A stretch of 64,000 bases of DNA from the human T2T-CHM13v2.0 reference genome, Homo sapiens. Shown piece after piece: positions 17,542 to 31,674 of the stretch (positions are counted from its first letter, which is position 1; every line of letters begins with the position of its first letter). Location of the stretch: the NCBI RefSeq assembly GCF_009914755.1, contig NC_060947.1; one strand, 5' to 3'. The notes beneath the pieces are model-generated. The model made no database searches, was not told the origin of the DNA, and saw nothing but the letters and a program-made list of their open reading frames with translations. The position numbers were made by a program, and so were the translations under genes.

Positions 17542-18579
17542 TATCTAGCATTTTTCTGTCTATTAAGTTTATTTTACCAAGTCCCAACAATTATCAGGAT
17601 TTTGCCAGTTTTATTCCATCTTTTCCATCTGTTTCCGTTTCCCGCAAGCTAACTCCCCAAGTATATTAAGGTAATATATGTATTTAATATTACATCTGAG
17701 ACACAACATCACTTCACCTGTGTATAATGCACAGCGAATCTGCAATAGATAGAAGGTGATGTTGTTGTCTTTTGAACAACATTGCCATCTACAGGCAGGG
17801 TCAATATACACTATATAAGACAGAAAAATCATCCCCCAAATCAGAATTATAAGCGTGTTATTTAAGCATTTAATAATCACTATCACATCATTGCACGCTG
17901 CTTACTCAAACCTGTGAAGCAGCAAAAATGGTCTATAATTGTCTATAATTAAATGACCAAGTCAAGGACGTTCCTGCTCTGGGTGATTCTCTGCTTCCTA
18001 GATTGGCAGAGCCATTAAATACATTGGACAAATTGAGGGTGCAAAAAAGCTGTACACTGCTCCCGAAACATGCAAAAATGGGATGCTGTCCAAACACAGC
18101 GATTTGAACCTGGTTTTTCTTTGTTTATCTTTTTTTTTCTTTTTTCTTCTTTCTTTTTTTTTTTTTGCTAAAGCATTCATTTTCTTTTGTTAAGTACGTT
18201 ATTAAAATGTTTTTAAAATAGGCACTGGTATCTTTTGTGGTGGACCTCGATTACTCAAACTATTACATACAAATACATTGCATTTACATTTGAGGTTTAA
18301 ATGTATTATTAAAGGAATTTGTGGACCAGCAATTTGGGATCATTTGGGAAAATTTATCATAACAACTCTAGATAAATGAGTTGGAAACCGTAGAGATGCA
18401 GTTTCTCTGCCTGGGATGTGCAAAGAACAGATGTCTGTAATTCCTGCAATTTTACTAATAATTTGGTGATTTGTATGTTTTTGACTTCTATATCCTAGAT
18501 GAAGAGACAATTGCAATAATCATGCCTAATGGTGAGGAGGAAAATTATCAACGGTGGTTACTTTTCATTCTCTCTTTAA

Positions 18580-18901
<322 letters not shown>

Positions 18902-19077
18902 TTCTCTGCAAAGTTTTAAAGTAAAACGTGGGAATGATGAACAATTTTTTAAAACAGCGTAAGTTGCAGGATACTACAATAGATGTAATCAGAATCTATG
19001 TCATTGAGTTTTCTGTGGTAATTAAATAAACAAAAAGTATGTGCAAGGCATGTATTTCTGATATCAAACCCAATATG

Positions 19078-19508
19078 AATACTATGCAGCCATACAAAAG
19101 AACAAGATCATGTTCTTCGCAGGAGTGTGCCTGGACCTGGAGGCCATTATCCTTATGCAGCCATAAAAAAGAAGGAGATCATATCCTTTGTAGGAACATG
19201 AATGGAGCCTGTAAACCATTATCCTTAGCAAAGTAACACAGGAACAGAAAACCAAATTCTGCATGTTCTCACTTATAAGTGGGAGCTACATAATGAGAAC
19301 ACATGGACACATAGAGTGGAACAACAGACATTGGGGCCTATTGGAGGGTGGAGGGTGGGAGGAGGGAGAGGATTAGGAAAAACAACTAATGTGTACTAAG
19401 CTTAATACCTGGGTGATGAAATAATCTGTATAAAAAACCCCCATAACACAAGTTTACCTGTGTAACAAACCTGCACATGCACCCCTGAACTTCAAAGTTA
19501 AACAAAAA
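19078..19508 (+). mobile_element. Old L1PA (about PA13-like) 3' end with internal ~70-bp duplication
   Basis: 'ccattatccttagcaaagtaacacaggaacagaaaaccaaa...aacctgcacatgcacccctgaac'. Confidence 0.88.
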
Positions 19509-20167
19509 GTACTATATTGTTAATGAGAATGCAGGTATTTCCTATTTCCCAAATCCTGTTTCGTGAAAAATATGTTAAATATTACATGACATTGAGATTA
19601 ATTTGCCAGTGGTAATACAGCAATGTTTTAAAAGTTTTTACAGGAAAGTCTCCATTTGTAACTCACTCATTGGTGTTTAGAAGGTCATTCCCACTGAAAA
19701 GCCCACCTCTGGACCTGTCCTAATCTTGCTGGCATAGAGGTTAAATTGGGAAATAGAAAGTACCCAGATATTTCTTTCTCTATTGTGGAATTTGGAATGG
19801 GTTGGTTACAGAATTGAAAGTAAATTGAAAACTAGCACATGGAAAGTTTATTAAAGCATTTGACAATGAACAATAGAAGTTTGAAATGGGGAGTCTGGGA
19901 GCAGATAGAGAAGGATGGAAAGATGGGAGGATGGGCCTGGATGGGCCTTCTCTACTTGTTAGAAAAGATTTGTGTTCAAATATATTATTTTGGTAATAAT
20001 GCTAAAAGTGGGTATGATCTGGGGAAAGATATGGAAACAGGCAAACAGGATGAAGGAGAAAATATTACTACCAACATCATAAAAATAAGTGAAGTCTGCT
20101 GTTGAGCTTTATTTACTAAAAGTTACTAAAATAGGAAAAAACTTAAAAATAAAATTTATATTGTACG

Positions 20168-20529
20168 TTTTCTTTCTTTTTTTTAACTTTTAGGTTCACG
20201 GGTACATGTGGAGGTTTGTTACACAGGTAAAAGTGTGTCATGGGGTTTGTTGTACAGATTATTTCATCAGCCAGGTATCACCCTAGTACCCATTAATATC
20301 CTGAGCCTCTCCCTCCTCAACCTTCCACCCTCCGATGGCCCCAGTGTGTGTTGTTCACCCCCATGTGTCCATGTGTTCTCATCATTCAGCTCCCACTTAA
20401 AAGTGACAACAGGCAGCATTTGGTTTTCTGTTCCTGTGTTAGTTTGCTAAGGATAATGGCCTTCCGCTCCATCCATGTTTCTGCAAAGGATATGATCTCA
20501 TTCTTTTTTATGGCTGCATAGTGTTCCAT

Positions 20530-20535
<6 letters not shown>
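20168..20535 (-). mobile_element. Old L1PA (about PA13-like) 3' end
   Basis: 'ttggttttctgttcctgtgttagtttgctaaggataatggcc'; ends in (TG)n at ~20530-20564. Confidence 0.88.
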
Positions 20536-20565
<30 letters not shown>

Positions 20566-20568
<3 letters not shown>

Positions 20569-21370
20569 TTTCAGTATGCATCTTCATGCAGATCTTTCAA
20601 ACAAACTGATTTCACAGACCACCATCAATGGTGGCCACTGGAGATCAATACTGGCCAAACTTTGGAAATAAAATAGTAATGGAACTTAGAACCTAGCTAT
20701 ATATGAGTTTGCTAGGGCTGCCATAACAAAGTCCCACAGACTGTGCAGCCTAAACTCTCTGTCTCTATATATACATAGTACGTTTTCACCAGTGGTATAT
20801 CTAACCCATGGTGTTTGATAAAAATGTTGGCATTTCACCAATTGTTTGGCATTAGTTTGCTTTCATTTGCATGTGAGCAGTGTCTACACAAAATACACAT
20901 ATTAAAGTCCTAACCCCCAGTACCTCAGAAAGGGACTGTATTTGGAGATAGGGCCCTTAAAGTGACAATTAAAGTATAATGAGGCCATTAGGGCGGGCCC
21001 TGGTCCAATAGGACTTATAAGAAGAAATTAGGACACAGACACACAGAAAGACAACCATGTGAGGACACGGGGAGAAGACGGCGTCTGTAAACCAAGGAGA
21101 ACAGCCTCAGGAGGGATCAGCCCTGTGACACCTTGATCTCAAATTCCTGGCCTCCAGGATGGTGGGGGAATAAATGTCTTTTGTTTAGGCTGCACAGTCT
21201 GTGGGACTTTGTTACGGCAGCCCTAGCAAACTCATATCGCTAGGTTCTAAGTTCCGTTACTATTTTATTTCCAAAGTTTGGCCAGTATTGATCTCCACTG
21301 ACCACCGTTGATGGTGGTCTGTGAAATCAGTTTGTTTGAAAGATCTGCATGAAGGTGCATACTGAAAACA
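20566..21370. repeat. Inverted duplication, arms 20566-20755 and 21183-21370
   Basis: Manual alignment: about 7 substitutions and one 2-bp indel over ~190 bp. Confidence 0.95.
20875..21237 (+). mobile_element. MLT1A/B-type MaLR solo LTR
   Basis: 'aagtcctaacccccagtacctcagaa...gtatttggagatagggcc...ggcagccctagcaaactcata'. Confidence 0.85.
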
Positions 21371-21532
21371 GAGCACTATGATGTAATCCAGCCACATCCA
21401 CCAGGTCTCTTGGGAAATCATCCCCCCTCATGTCTCCCTAGTGGATTCAGTTCAAGCATTTGGTTGACCAAAACTTTATTTTAATTTGACACAGTAAGTT
21501 AATTTGCAATTATCAATAGATAACGTAGGCAG

Positions 21533-21533
<1 letters not shown>

Positions 21534-21573
<40 letters not shown>

Positions 21574-21582
21574 TGTGTGTGT
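21534..21582. repeat. (TG)n microsatellite
   Basis: Direct reading. Confidence 0.95.
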
Positions 21583-22599
21583 AGAAATCAGTTGCCATGT
21601 TTTCCTTTTTCAAGGTAGTTGCCATTTTTTCTGTGGTTTTTCAATGACCTCAGGTCTACCTTTTTCTATATCCAGACCATGCAGATGGTGTGAGCTGAAC
21701 AAATGTCAAGCCAGAAAGAAGAGGTCATTGTTGTTTCCATTGTTTCTTTATTTCGCAAACATAACTAGGACTGTAAAAATGTTAAATGTTTTTCAATGTT
21801 CAAATTACTTGAAGACCAGATTTCAGCAATCATTTCTACAAGTAGTGAAGAGTTATTATGAAGAGAAAAATAGCAGAAGTTCTAAATAATCCAACACAAA
21901 TTATGTAAATAAGTCTTTATTTGAATATCTATATTTTTATGGACTTTGAAAGCTTCCAAATAAGTGCATAACATGACTTAAAAAAAAGTCCTGTCCCAAG
22001 TCAATATATATGCCATGTCAAAATTCTTAGCTTCAGAAAAAGGTTAAGAAAATGATTTCTCAAGGAGAGTGCCTAAGGATATTCAGAAATTACTTCCTTT
22101 GCCCTATAGAATCCCAATTGCAATGTCACAAACCCATAAACCTTCCACTTTGTCCTTTTTGGATGAGAACTTGAAAGTCTTATTTAAAAAGGATGTGATG
22201 AATAGACAGATTGTATTTTAGCATATTTACTCTTCTTTTCTCACTTGCCTGTCTTCATCTTATAGCAAAATTGCATCTTCCTGAGTTTATTGTAAATACT
22301 TTCATTCTATCGTGAGCCAAAAATGTGGAAGAAACAACTTGAGTGAAAACAAAGGATTGGCCAAAGAAAGTTAAGCATTAGTCTGCGTCTATAGATTTAG
22401 CAAGCTGATCTATTCATGTTGTGGCATAAGCTAGTATTTAGTGCGTTGCCATGGTATGAATCTTTAGGGATTAACTTTTTAACAAGAAATATGACTCAGT
22501 CCTCCTTCTCATAATCCAAGTGTGGTTTGCAGCTCAGCAGAGTAATAAACCCAGGGATGTGTTAGAAATTAAATGTATGTGAAATGTAAAGACATCACA

Positions 22600-22940
22600 T
22601 TCTTAGAAGCAGAGAATACAATGGCAATTTTGGAGGCCGGGGTGGGGGAAATGAAAGCTTTGGTGAAAGGATACAAAATCTCAGATAGATAGAAGGAATC
22701 TTTTCCCCTCTTTGAGTTCTATTAATATTACAAATTGTGGTGAATATAGTTAATGATGGAGTATTTTACACTTCAAAATTGATAAAAGAGTAAACTGTAA
22801 ATGTTCTCACCACAAAAATGTTAGGATATATTAACTGGTTTGATTTAATTATTCTACATTGAACAATACTTCATATCTCATTCATTTATATAATTACAAA
22901 TTATCAGTTTACAACAAAATAAAACAAAAATAAAATAAAA
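22600..22940 (+). mobile_element. L1MA-type 3' end, apparently inside a MER5-like relic (~22515-23053)
   Basis: 'aaatgttctcaccacaaaaatg'; downstream MER5-like end 'acatttgagaatcactgttctag'. Confidence 0.7.
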
Positions 22941-24319
22941 TGTATGGACCCAACCTGGACCTTCTGCATCAGAAGGTTTTGTAGAAATCCGCGTATTAAA
23001 AAGCTTTCCATAATGTTCTTATCCACGCTAACATTTGAGAATCACTGTTCTAGTGAGTTACTCTAAAATGTAGAGGGCATCTAAAGAGTGGTAAATGAAA
23101 TATACTGTAGATAATGGAAGAGAAAAACTACAGACTTGGCAAGTTTCTTTCCAGAAAGATCCATAAAAACTGAGACCGAAAGCTGAGATTTGGGGATTGT
23201 AGTTTGCTTGTTTAACCACACCGTATTCCAAAAGACAATGTGTTTCTATGTAAAGTGCATTTTTAAATATAAAAAAGTGTGAACTCAAATTGCTCACCCT
23301 CCACGTTAATAAAATAGAGACAGAGCCTATCACAGAGGATGCAACTATGGAGACAGTCCGGTGAATAGTATTCTTTGTATGTGTATGGGCACATACTTCA
23401 CACAAACGTTAGTAAAAATTAAGAGAAGGGAAATTGGGGGTAGGCAATTTTGCTTGTCCACCTTGACTTATTCTATAAATAAACGTAAATAACAGCATTT
23501 CAACTCTTTGAGAAAAATTATCCAATCGAGACAATGGGAAAATTAGACAGGATTGTGTGCAAATTCAGAAAGTACAGACAAGTTAAAACACATGGGCACA
23601 CAGGCATACTCACCAATCCCCATGTGCTCACTAAGGTGAATTAATTTGTGCAGGAAGATAGTAGTGTACCTACTACCTGGTATTTAGTACCTGGTGTTTA
23701 TGGATGGTGAGTTTAGTACCTGGAATTTATGGATGGCGAAGAAGTTTGGAATATAAAAAATTAACCACTATTTGTAAAAATTTGAAATAGGAAATGAATG
23801 GTCCTATTGAATAATTGTAATGTGCAGATGTAGAAATAATATTTGAATTCAAATATAAAAACAATGGGAACTAGAATGATGCTTAAAATTTGCCATGTAG
23901 TAAGCATGACTACAAAGCTATTTTAAATATTAGGATTGGTAATCTACCCATATATATTTATCATTTGGCATATTTGTTTGTCAAAAAATCTTAATACATT
24001 TTTAGGGATTGAGCTATGGATTTCAAGTGATGCTATGTATAATTGTTCTATCTCCTTTAATATATGAATCTATGACTGTGTGCATGCCTGATTAAAAGCC
24101 ATGAGGCTGATCTTCCAGAATAAATTATTTAATCATCACCAACTATATATTAGTCAACCAGCCACTCAATTATAGAGAACACATCGCAGTCTGACATACT
24201 GATACATTTAAGGCTGGTAAGAAATCTATGCATACATTCTAGATAGATATTTTTATATTTAAAATTATGATATAAGGTTAATTTTTATTTAAGAGGATTT
24301 TTATTTTAAAAATCCCATG

Positions 24320-24575
24320 GATCAGCCTGAGCAACACAGTGAAACCCCATTTCTGTAAAAAATAAAAAAATATTGGTCAGGCATGGTGGCGTGTGCCTCT
24401 GGTCCCAGCTACTTGGGAGGCTGAGGTGGGAGGATGGCTTGAGCCCAGGAGTTTAAGGCTACAGTGAGCCACAATGGTGCCACCGTACTCCAGCCTGGGT
24501 GACAGAGCAAGACCCTGTTTCAAAACCAGCCAACCAACCAACAACAACAACACAAACCTAACACAAACAAACAAA
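24320..24575 (+). mobile_element. AluJ, 5'-truncated
   Basis: 'ggaggatggcttgagcccaggag'; flanks 'aatcccatggat' / 'aacccacggat'. Confidence 0.88.
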
Positions 24576-25059
24576 CCCACGGATGATTTGACACTTTGGC
24601 ACATTATGCAAATATAGAGCCCTGACATCTACGTCATTGTAACATTTCTTATTATGCCGGCGTTCAACTGCTGGGTGCAATTGACAGTATGTTCCCACTG
24701 TATAAACTCCCTTGCTAAAGATGAACATAGAAAATAAAAATAGCCACCTGTGTTGAAAAAAACGATCTATTAGGTAGAACAGGTTAATTATTTCTCACAT
24801 GAATGTTTGAATGTAACTATTAAACTCGGAGAGTTACCAGCCCTGTGTTGACTATTGATTCATTAGCTTCCAAATTTCTGTAATTGACAGGCACCTGAAG
24901 CTACCTGGTGTCTGCAGATAATAAAATGTTAACGCAGGAACATTATTTTCATGCTCTGTTGCTTTAGATCTTGAAGTAAATACTAATGCACAGGGTCCAT
25001 TAGGTTTCTTCTCCTTCTGCATGAAGTGTAGCTTCATTGTACTAAAAGCAACCATTGAA

Positions 25060-25135
25060 ATCATCTTATTTTCCAGGAAAATGAGGCATTAAAAAGATAA
25101 AGAACTTGTCCAAGGTCATCCATTTAGCACTGTGG
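25060..25135 (-). mobile_element. MIR core fragment
   Basis: 'ggaaaatgaggc...aacttgtccaaggtca'. Confidence 0.55.
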
Positions 25136-26598
25136 CCATACAAGCATTCTGTGTACTACTTTAAAATGAAGTTTTCAAAAGACTTTAAGATTTTTTTCCT
25201 CTTGCCATGCATGATCTTGTCAAGTAAAGACAAGGACAACTTACCATTCTGGAAATGAAAAAAAAAATAAACTAATGATTATATTCAAGATTTGCTTCTT
25301 ATTGGAATATTAACAGAAAACATCCAATTCTATATTTATTCATGATAATTTTGTTTAAAAATGATACATGTGTAAAAAAATTGGCAGATTGCTGTATTTT
25401 ATATGGGATACTGATAAAACTCATTCAGTGAAACTGATAATAGGAATCCTGTGCCTTGTAAAAATTGTTTAAATGCATAAACTTATTTAAATAATTTTTA
25501 AATGAACTTTGAGAAATGATGACTTTTTTTCAAATTTGGCACTGTATTGCAACTTGTTTAATTTTTTCATGCCATTATCACATACAACATCATGATTTTA
25601 ATTGAAAAGATAATTAAAATGGACATTATTAAGAAAATAGCTCTTGGGAAATTGTTCATGATCTCAGAGTATTACAGCCCAAGATATTAATGCAATGATT
25701 TATCGTGCCATCTGTACAGGCACACTAGTTACCTTGCTGTAAGTACATAACATCTGACCTAGAAAAAAGTCTACTTTTCCTATTTTAATAGATTGTAACA
25801 TCAAAAAGCACTTTTCACTAAGCTCCAATAAGATACAACCGTGCCCATGAAACTGTGCCCCTAAGTTGCACTGAATTTCAGCTTTTGATCACTGCTGATT
25901 GAAAGTACTGTAGGAGTGCTGAGAGCAGAGTTAACAACAAATATATCATTTTCTTTAATCAGCTCATGCTTCAGAGATGAGTGATCTCTGTCTTTGGGAT
26001 TGTGAACTTGGGAGCAGTTCAGTATACAGTGTGGCTGGTCAGAGAAGTTTCCAAAGGAGATGATTGACTCGCCTTTCAAAAGAATTCTGTGAGTAATGAA
26101 TTTGAAAGATAAACCTTTTGTACATGTATATTTGAGGATTTGAATATAGTCCACTGTAGTTTACTGTGATTTAAATGATTTAAGTCACTGAATTTGGTTT
26201 TGTAGGCAATGTGATGAAACTGCATCAAACGAAACTAACAATAGGTATTACATTCACTCCTTTTTGGCTGGATGACAGAGTGAAATATTTCAGTTCTCAG
26301 TTAATTTAGTTTTCTATGAAATAATTAATGGCATAAATTGGACTAATTTTAATATCAATTATTGCTCTTAGTTTTATGAACTTAAGTCCTCTACTGCCTA
26401 CTGGCCTATATCTGTAAACAAAGCTACACTGTTTCACAAGTGAAGAAACTAGCACTAATGGGACATTTCAAAATTACCTTTGATATGCAATTTTGGCATT
26501 TAGTAGCATAACGGTCACATTAAGCAAGAATTTCCCCTTCTCGTAAATGAATTTTTTGGTTCAATTTCCATTGGCCAGTAATATGTAGTATATGACAA

Positions 26599-27066
26599 TA
26601 TGATGATGATGATGGAGATAATGATGATGATAAAGATGATGATGATGGTGGAGATCGTGATGATAGTGTTGATGATAATGAGGATGGTGATGGTGATGGT
26701 GATATGATAATGATGGTGATGATGATGTTGATGGTGATGATGATAATGATGATGATTGTGGTGATGGTGATGAGAGTGATGATGATGGTGATAATGGTGA
26801 TGATGGTTATGATGAAGATGATAATGGTAGTGATGATGATGATGAATATGATAATGATGTTGGTGATGAGGGTGTTGATCATGATGATGGCGATGGTGAT
26901 GAAGATTATGATGGTGATGAAGAAAATGATGATGATGTAATGATGGTGTTGATTATGGTGATGATGATGATGGTGATGATGAAGATGATGTTGATGGTGG
27001 TGGTGATAATGATGATCATCATCATCATGATCATAATGATGATTAAGATGATGACAACGATGATGA
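26599..27066. repeat. Degenerate (GAT/GGT)n trinucleotide tract, ~470 bp
   Basis: Direct reading; explains the poly-M/H/I/S ORFs in the track. Confidence 0.95.
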
Positions 27067-27114
27067 TATGTCATGTTACATAGACACTCAAGAAAATGTA
27101 CCCTCATATTATTT

Positions 27115-27356
27115 AACAAATTGGAAAAAACATTCCATGATCATGGATAGGAAGAATCAATATCGTTAAAACGGCCACACTGCCCAAAGCAGTTTGTAGA
27201 TTCAATGCTATTCCTATTAAACTACCATTGACATTCTTCACAGAATTAGAAAACACTATTTTAAAATTCATATGGAACCAAAAAAGAGCCCATATAGCCA
27301 AGACAATCCTAAGCAAAAAGAACAAAGCTGGAGGCATCACACTACCGGACTTCAAA
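27115..27356 (+). mobile_element. Isolated internal L1P ORF2 fragment
   Basis: Homologous to ~11991-12230 but with older-type variants ('actaccattgacattcttcacagaattag'). Confidence 0.88.
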
Positions 27357-29645
27357 TTTATGCCTTTTTTTTTTTTTTTTTTTTTTTGAAAATCAGGTTT
27401 AGGAATATATGTCATATTTAATTCATATAAATATTGCATTTTCTTTGACTAGGACTTTTTATAGGGAATATTAGGATTGTCAATTATTTGAAGCTTTGGA
27501 GTAAATCTATAAAACCATTGAGCCAAGTGCCTTTTTGGAGGATAACTAGTTTGAAATTTTTCTATGATTTAAATGGAAATTGTTTTGTTGAAGGATTCTT
27601 TTTGTACATGATTTGCATTTGGTAAATAGCTACTTTTTATTAGATATTTCATGCAAGTTTTCAAGCATATTTGCAGTAAGTTATACAAATCAATCTCTCA
27701 TGATGTCTCAATTTTCTGTTTGTTTCAGTAGTCTTTTTTCTACTTGCTCTTTCTTAATTTTTGTATCTGTACCTTATTCCTATTTTTAAAAATGTAACTG
27801 TTTGTCCATATTTTTCATTGTTTCCAAGTGCCAACAGTTACTTTGTTGTATAGTACATGGCTTAACTGCTCTCATCAATTTCTGCTTTAATTGTGATATA
27901 AGAAAAGATAAAATTTAGGTTCCAAAACACCAGTGATAAAAGGAAATAAGTGTAATACTAAAGCTTCCAATTAACACTAAAGACATATTTATGAATATCT
28001 ATGCTTTAAATAAGAGGGCAACTAATTTTCATAACACAAATGTTTAAGATATGCAAGGAGAAAGAGATAGAGTCATACTATCAAAGGGACAAAATAATAC
28101 AAAAAGAAACAAATAATCTATTCATCAGCGAGATGCCCTTATGGGGACATACAAAATGCACCCTTCAGTAATAGGTAATATACTTAATCTGCAGTTACAT
28201 TTTTAAAAATTATGAAAATTGATGATGACCAAGTAAATCTGTATCAATTCCAAAGGAATAAAATTTATAAAAATACTTGTGTTATTTTTTGTGATATTGA
28301 GTGAGTGATTTTGGTTATAACTAATACTTTTTTTCTCCACGGGGTTTTTGTTTATATGTTTTATCTATGCACTTCTAATCAAGAAACACTTGAGGAAAGA
28401 ACCATTATTGGTATTATTGTTCTGTACCAAAGTTTTTCTTTACTTTGTTGGGTATTGTGTGAAGCATCTTCTTTAACTAAAAATTTTTGAGTTTTACTTT
28501 GGTTTTTATTTTAATAGTAGTTCCCAGTGAATTCTATCCTTTTTTTTCCTGTTTCTTTTTCAGTGTGCAATTTTCCTGTAGCATCAGGAAAATTGTGTTT
28601 TGACTTATGAGGGACTGGTGAGGGGCTATTTATGGCTTACTAGATTTTTCAATTCACGGACACCCTCTCGTGTCCATATAATTAAGTTGCCCTAGGAGAC
28701 GGCTTTTTTTGGTTTATTTTATTGTGTTGTGTTCTCTTCTGTTGTTTTGTTTGATAAAAAGAGCACAAGTTCTGGCATGTACTTTTGGTTTCATAGGACT
28801 GACACTTTTTACTTCTTGTTTTTTCAGTTTATTTCTTTGTTTTCAGTGACAAATCCCAAAGGATGCCCACTCTTACCAGGTATCTCTCTCCCCTGCCCCA
28901 AGTAACAATTCCTTCCTCGAAGTGCCCCCTCTACTAAATTATAGTCCATATTGATAATCACTTGCATTTTGATATGATAATGTAATTGAACAAAAAAGCC
29001 ATCATTCACATTAGAAAACAAAAAGAAAATACATAGTATCTTGGAATAGTTCTTTGACCATTAGTGGAAGATTTTCTTTTCCTCCCTCCATGGAGAAAAT
29101 GTTAGCATGGAATGAAGGATGTTGATGTAATTGTTTAAAGAAATGACTCAGATAGAAATGCTCTCCAACACCAGATTCCTGGGGATCTCTGATGTTTCAG
29201 GCTCTTCAGAGGGATTTTGACTTCCATTATGGTTTTTCCTATGGACATGGCTAGTTGTTAAAAGATAATTTATTGATCAGGACACCAAGCACATCTCTGA
29301 GAGGAAGGTGATATATTCGAGCTCCTGGCAATACCACTAGTAGAGTCAAAAGAGAAGATTCTGGAGTTGAAACCTAGTCATGTGCAAAGGGAATATCTGT
29401 TGGATTAGGATGAAGCTGGAGATGGGAGATTATGAATGAAGATCAGAGAAAATGCAGTCAGCACAGCTGAGGTGCAAATCCTAAATCTCACCCCAGGTTC
29501 CTCTCATCTAGAAGCTTCCTTTGTAATTCCTAAAGCATCTTCAGCGTTACAATTGTCAATAAATCTTTCCCCAGGTCAATATCTAGCCCAGATATAAAAA
29601 TGGTGAGGATATGTCTCAGTACTGTGTTTTCAGTCTCAGAAACAA

Positions 29646-30703
<1,058 letters not shown>

Positions 30704-31648
30704 TAAATGGCATAGCATTGCTAATTTATATTATTTAGTATTAAAGAGTGAAACAAATGAGCTAAAGGAAAAACATAAACTTGGTAGAGAGTTGAAGATA
30801 TTTTATATTATGCTGAGTTCTATATATTTTTGCCAAACACAGTTCTTGCAGATGAACAAAAAGGACACATTGCACATTTGCCTTCTGTTGGGATGTTTCT
30901 ACTGTTCCTAACTGTCGGCTTCCTAGAGAGAAAACACCATATTTTGAGATATAAATGTAGATGGAAAATGAAAAATGCAAACTGTCACCCTGACATTATC
31001 AAATATTTTATTACATTGGTGCCTACATTACAAATAACTCTACTGAGTTTTCATATTAAATGTGTTTTTAAATAAATTAAAGAGAACATTTGTGGTTGGT
31101 ATGAATTTATACTCTGAATTCAGGTGTCATTGCTATGACTGAATGCAGAGATCAGTGTTCCAGAGAAGTTCATATTGTATTCATTGGTTACCTTTTAAAT
31201 AAGAACTTTAGTGATAAGAAATGCATTATTAAGATTGTTTCTGTAAACTTAGGAGACATAGAAATCTGATAGTGAAAACATAGATGATAATAATGTCATG
31301 TAAGATATACTTTAAAGATCTATTCCACAATTTATGCTTATATGTAGGTTATGAACTAGAAGGTAGTGATTTTTTTGATAAGGCATGGATATCTCTTAAA
31401 TTTACTTGCTTATTCCTTTGATCTGTTTTAAAATATATGAGTGATGATTATTTTTTATAGCTAATTTTCTATAATTGAAAGTGGAGGCTTTCATTTTTCC
31501 AGGCTTTCCATTTTGATCTAATAATTTTCTTAAAAGTAACTATCAGAAGATGCTATTCTACATACAATATGTTGAATTTATTTACAGCACAGTTCACAGA
31601 ACAGCTTAACATGTTTTGTTCATGTAGATCTAACATTAACTGGAAGGG

Positions 31649-31674
31649 GTGTGTGTGTGTGTGTGTGTGTGTGT
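31649..31674. repeat. (GT)n microsatellite
   Basis: Direct reading. Confidence 0.9.

Noticed and set aside
19078-20535. Tail-to-tail L1 3' ends as a single inverted duplication
   Set aside because: The copies differ at many positions and have separate tails, consistent with independent insertions of related subfamilies
26520-27119. 199-aa His/Ile/Ser-rich ORF and the opposite 78-aa Met-rich ORF
   Set aside because: Translations of the (GAT/ATC)n repeat; no domain or gene context
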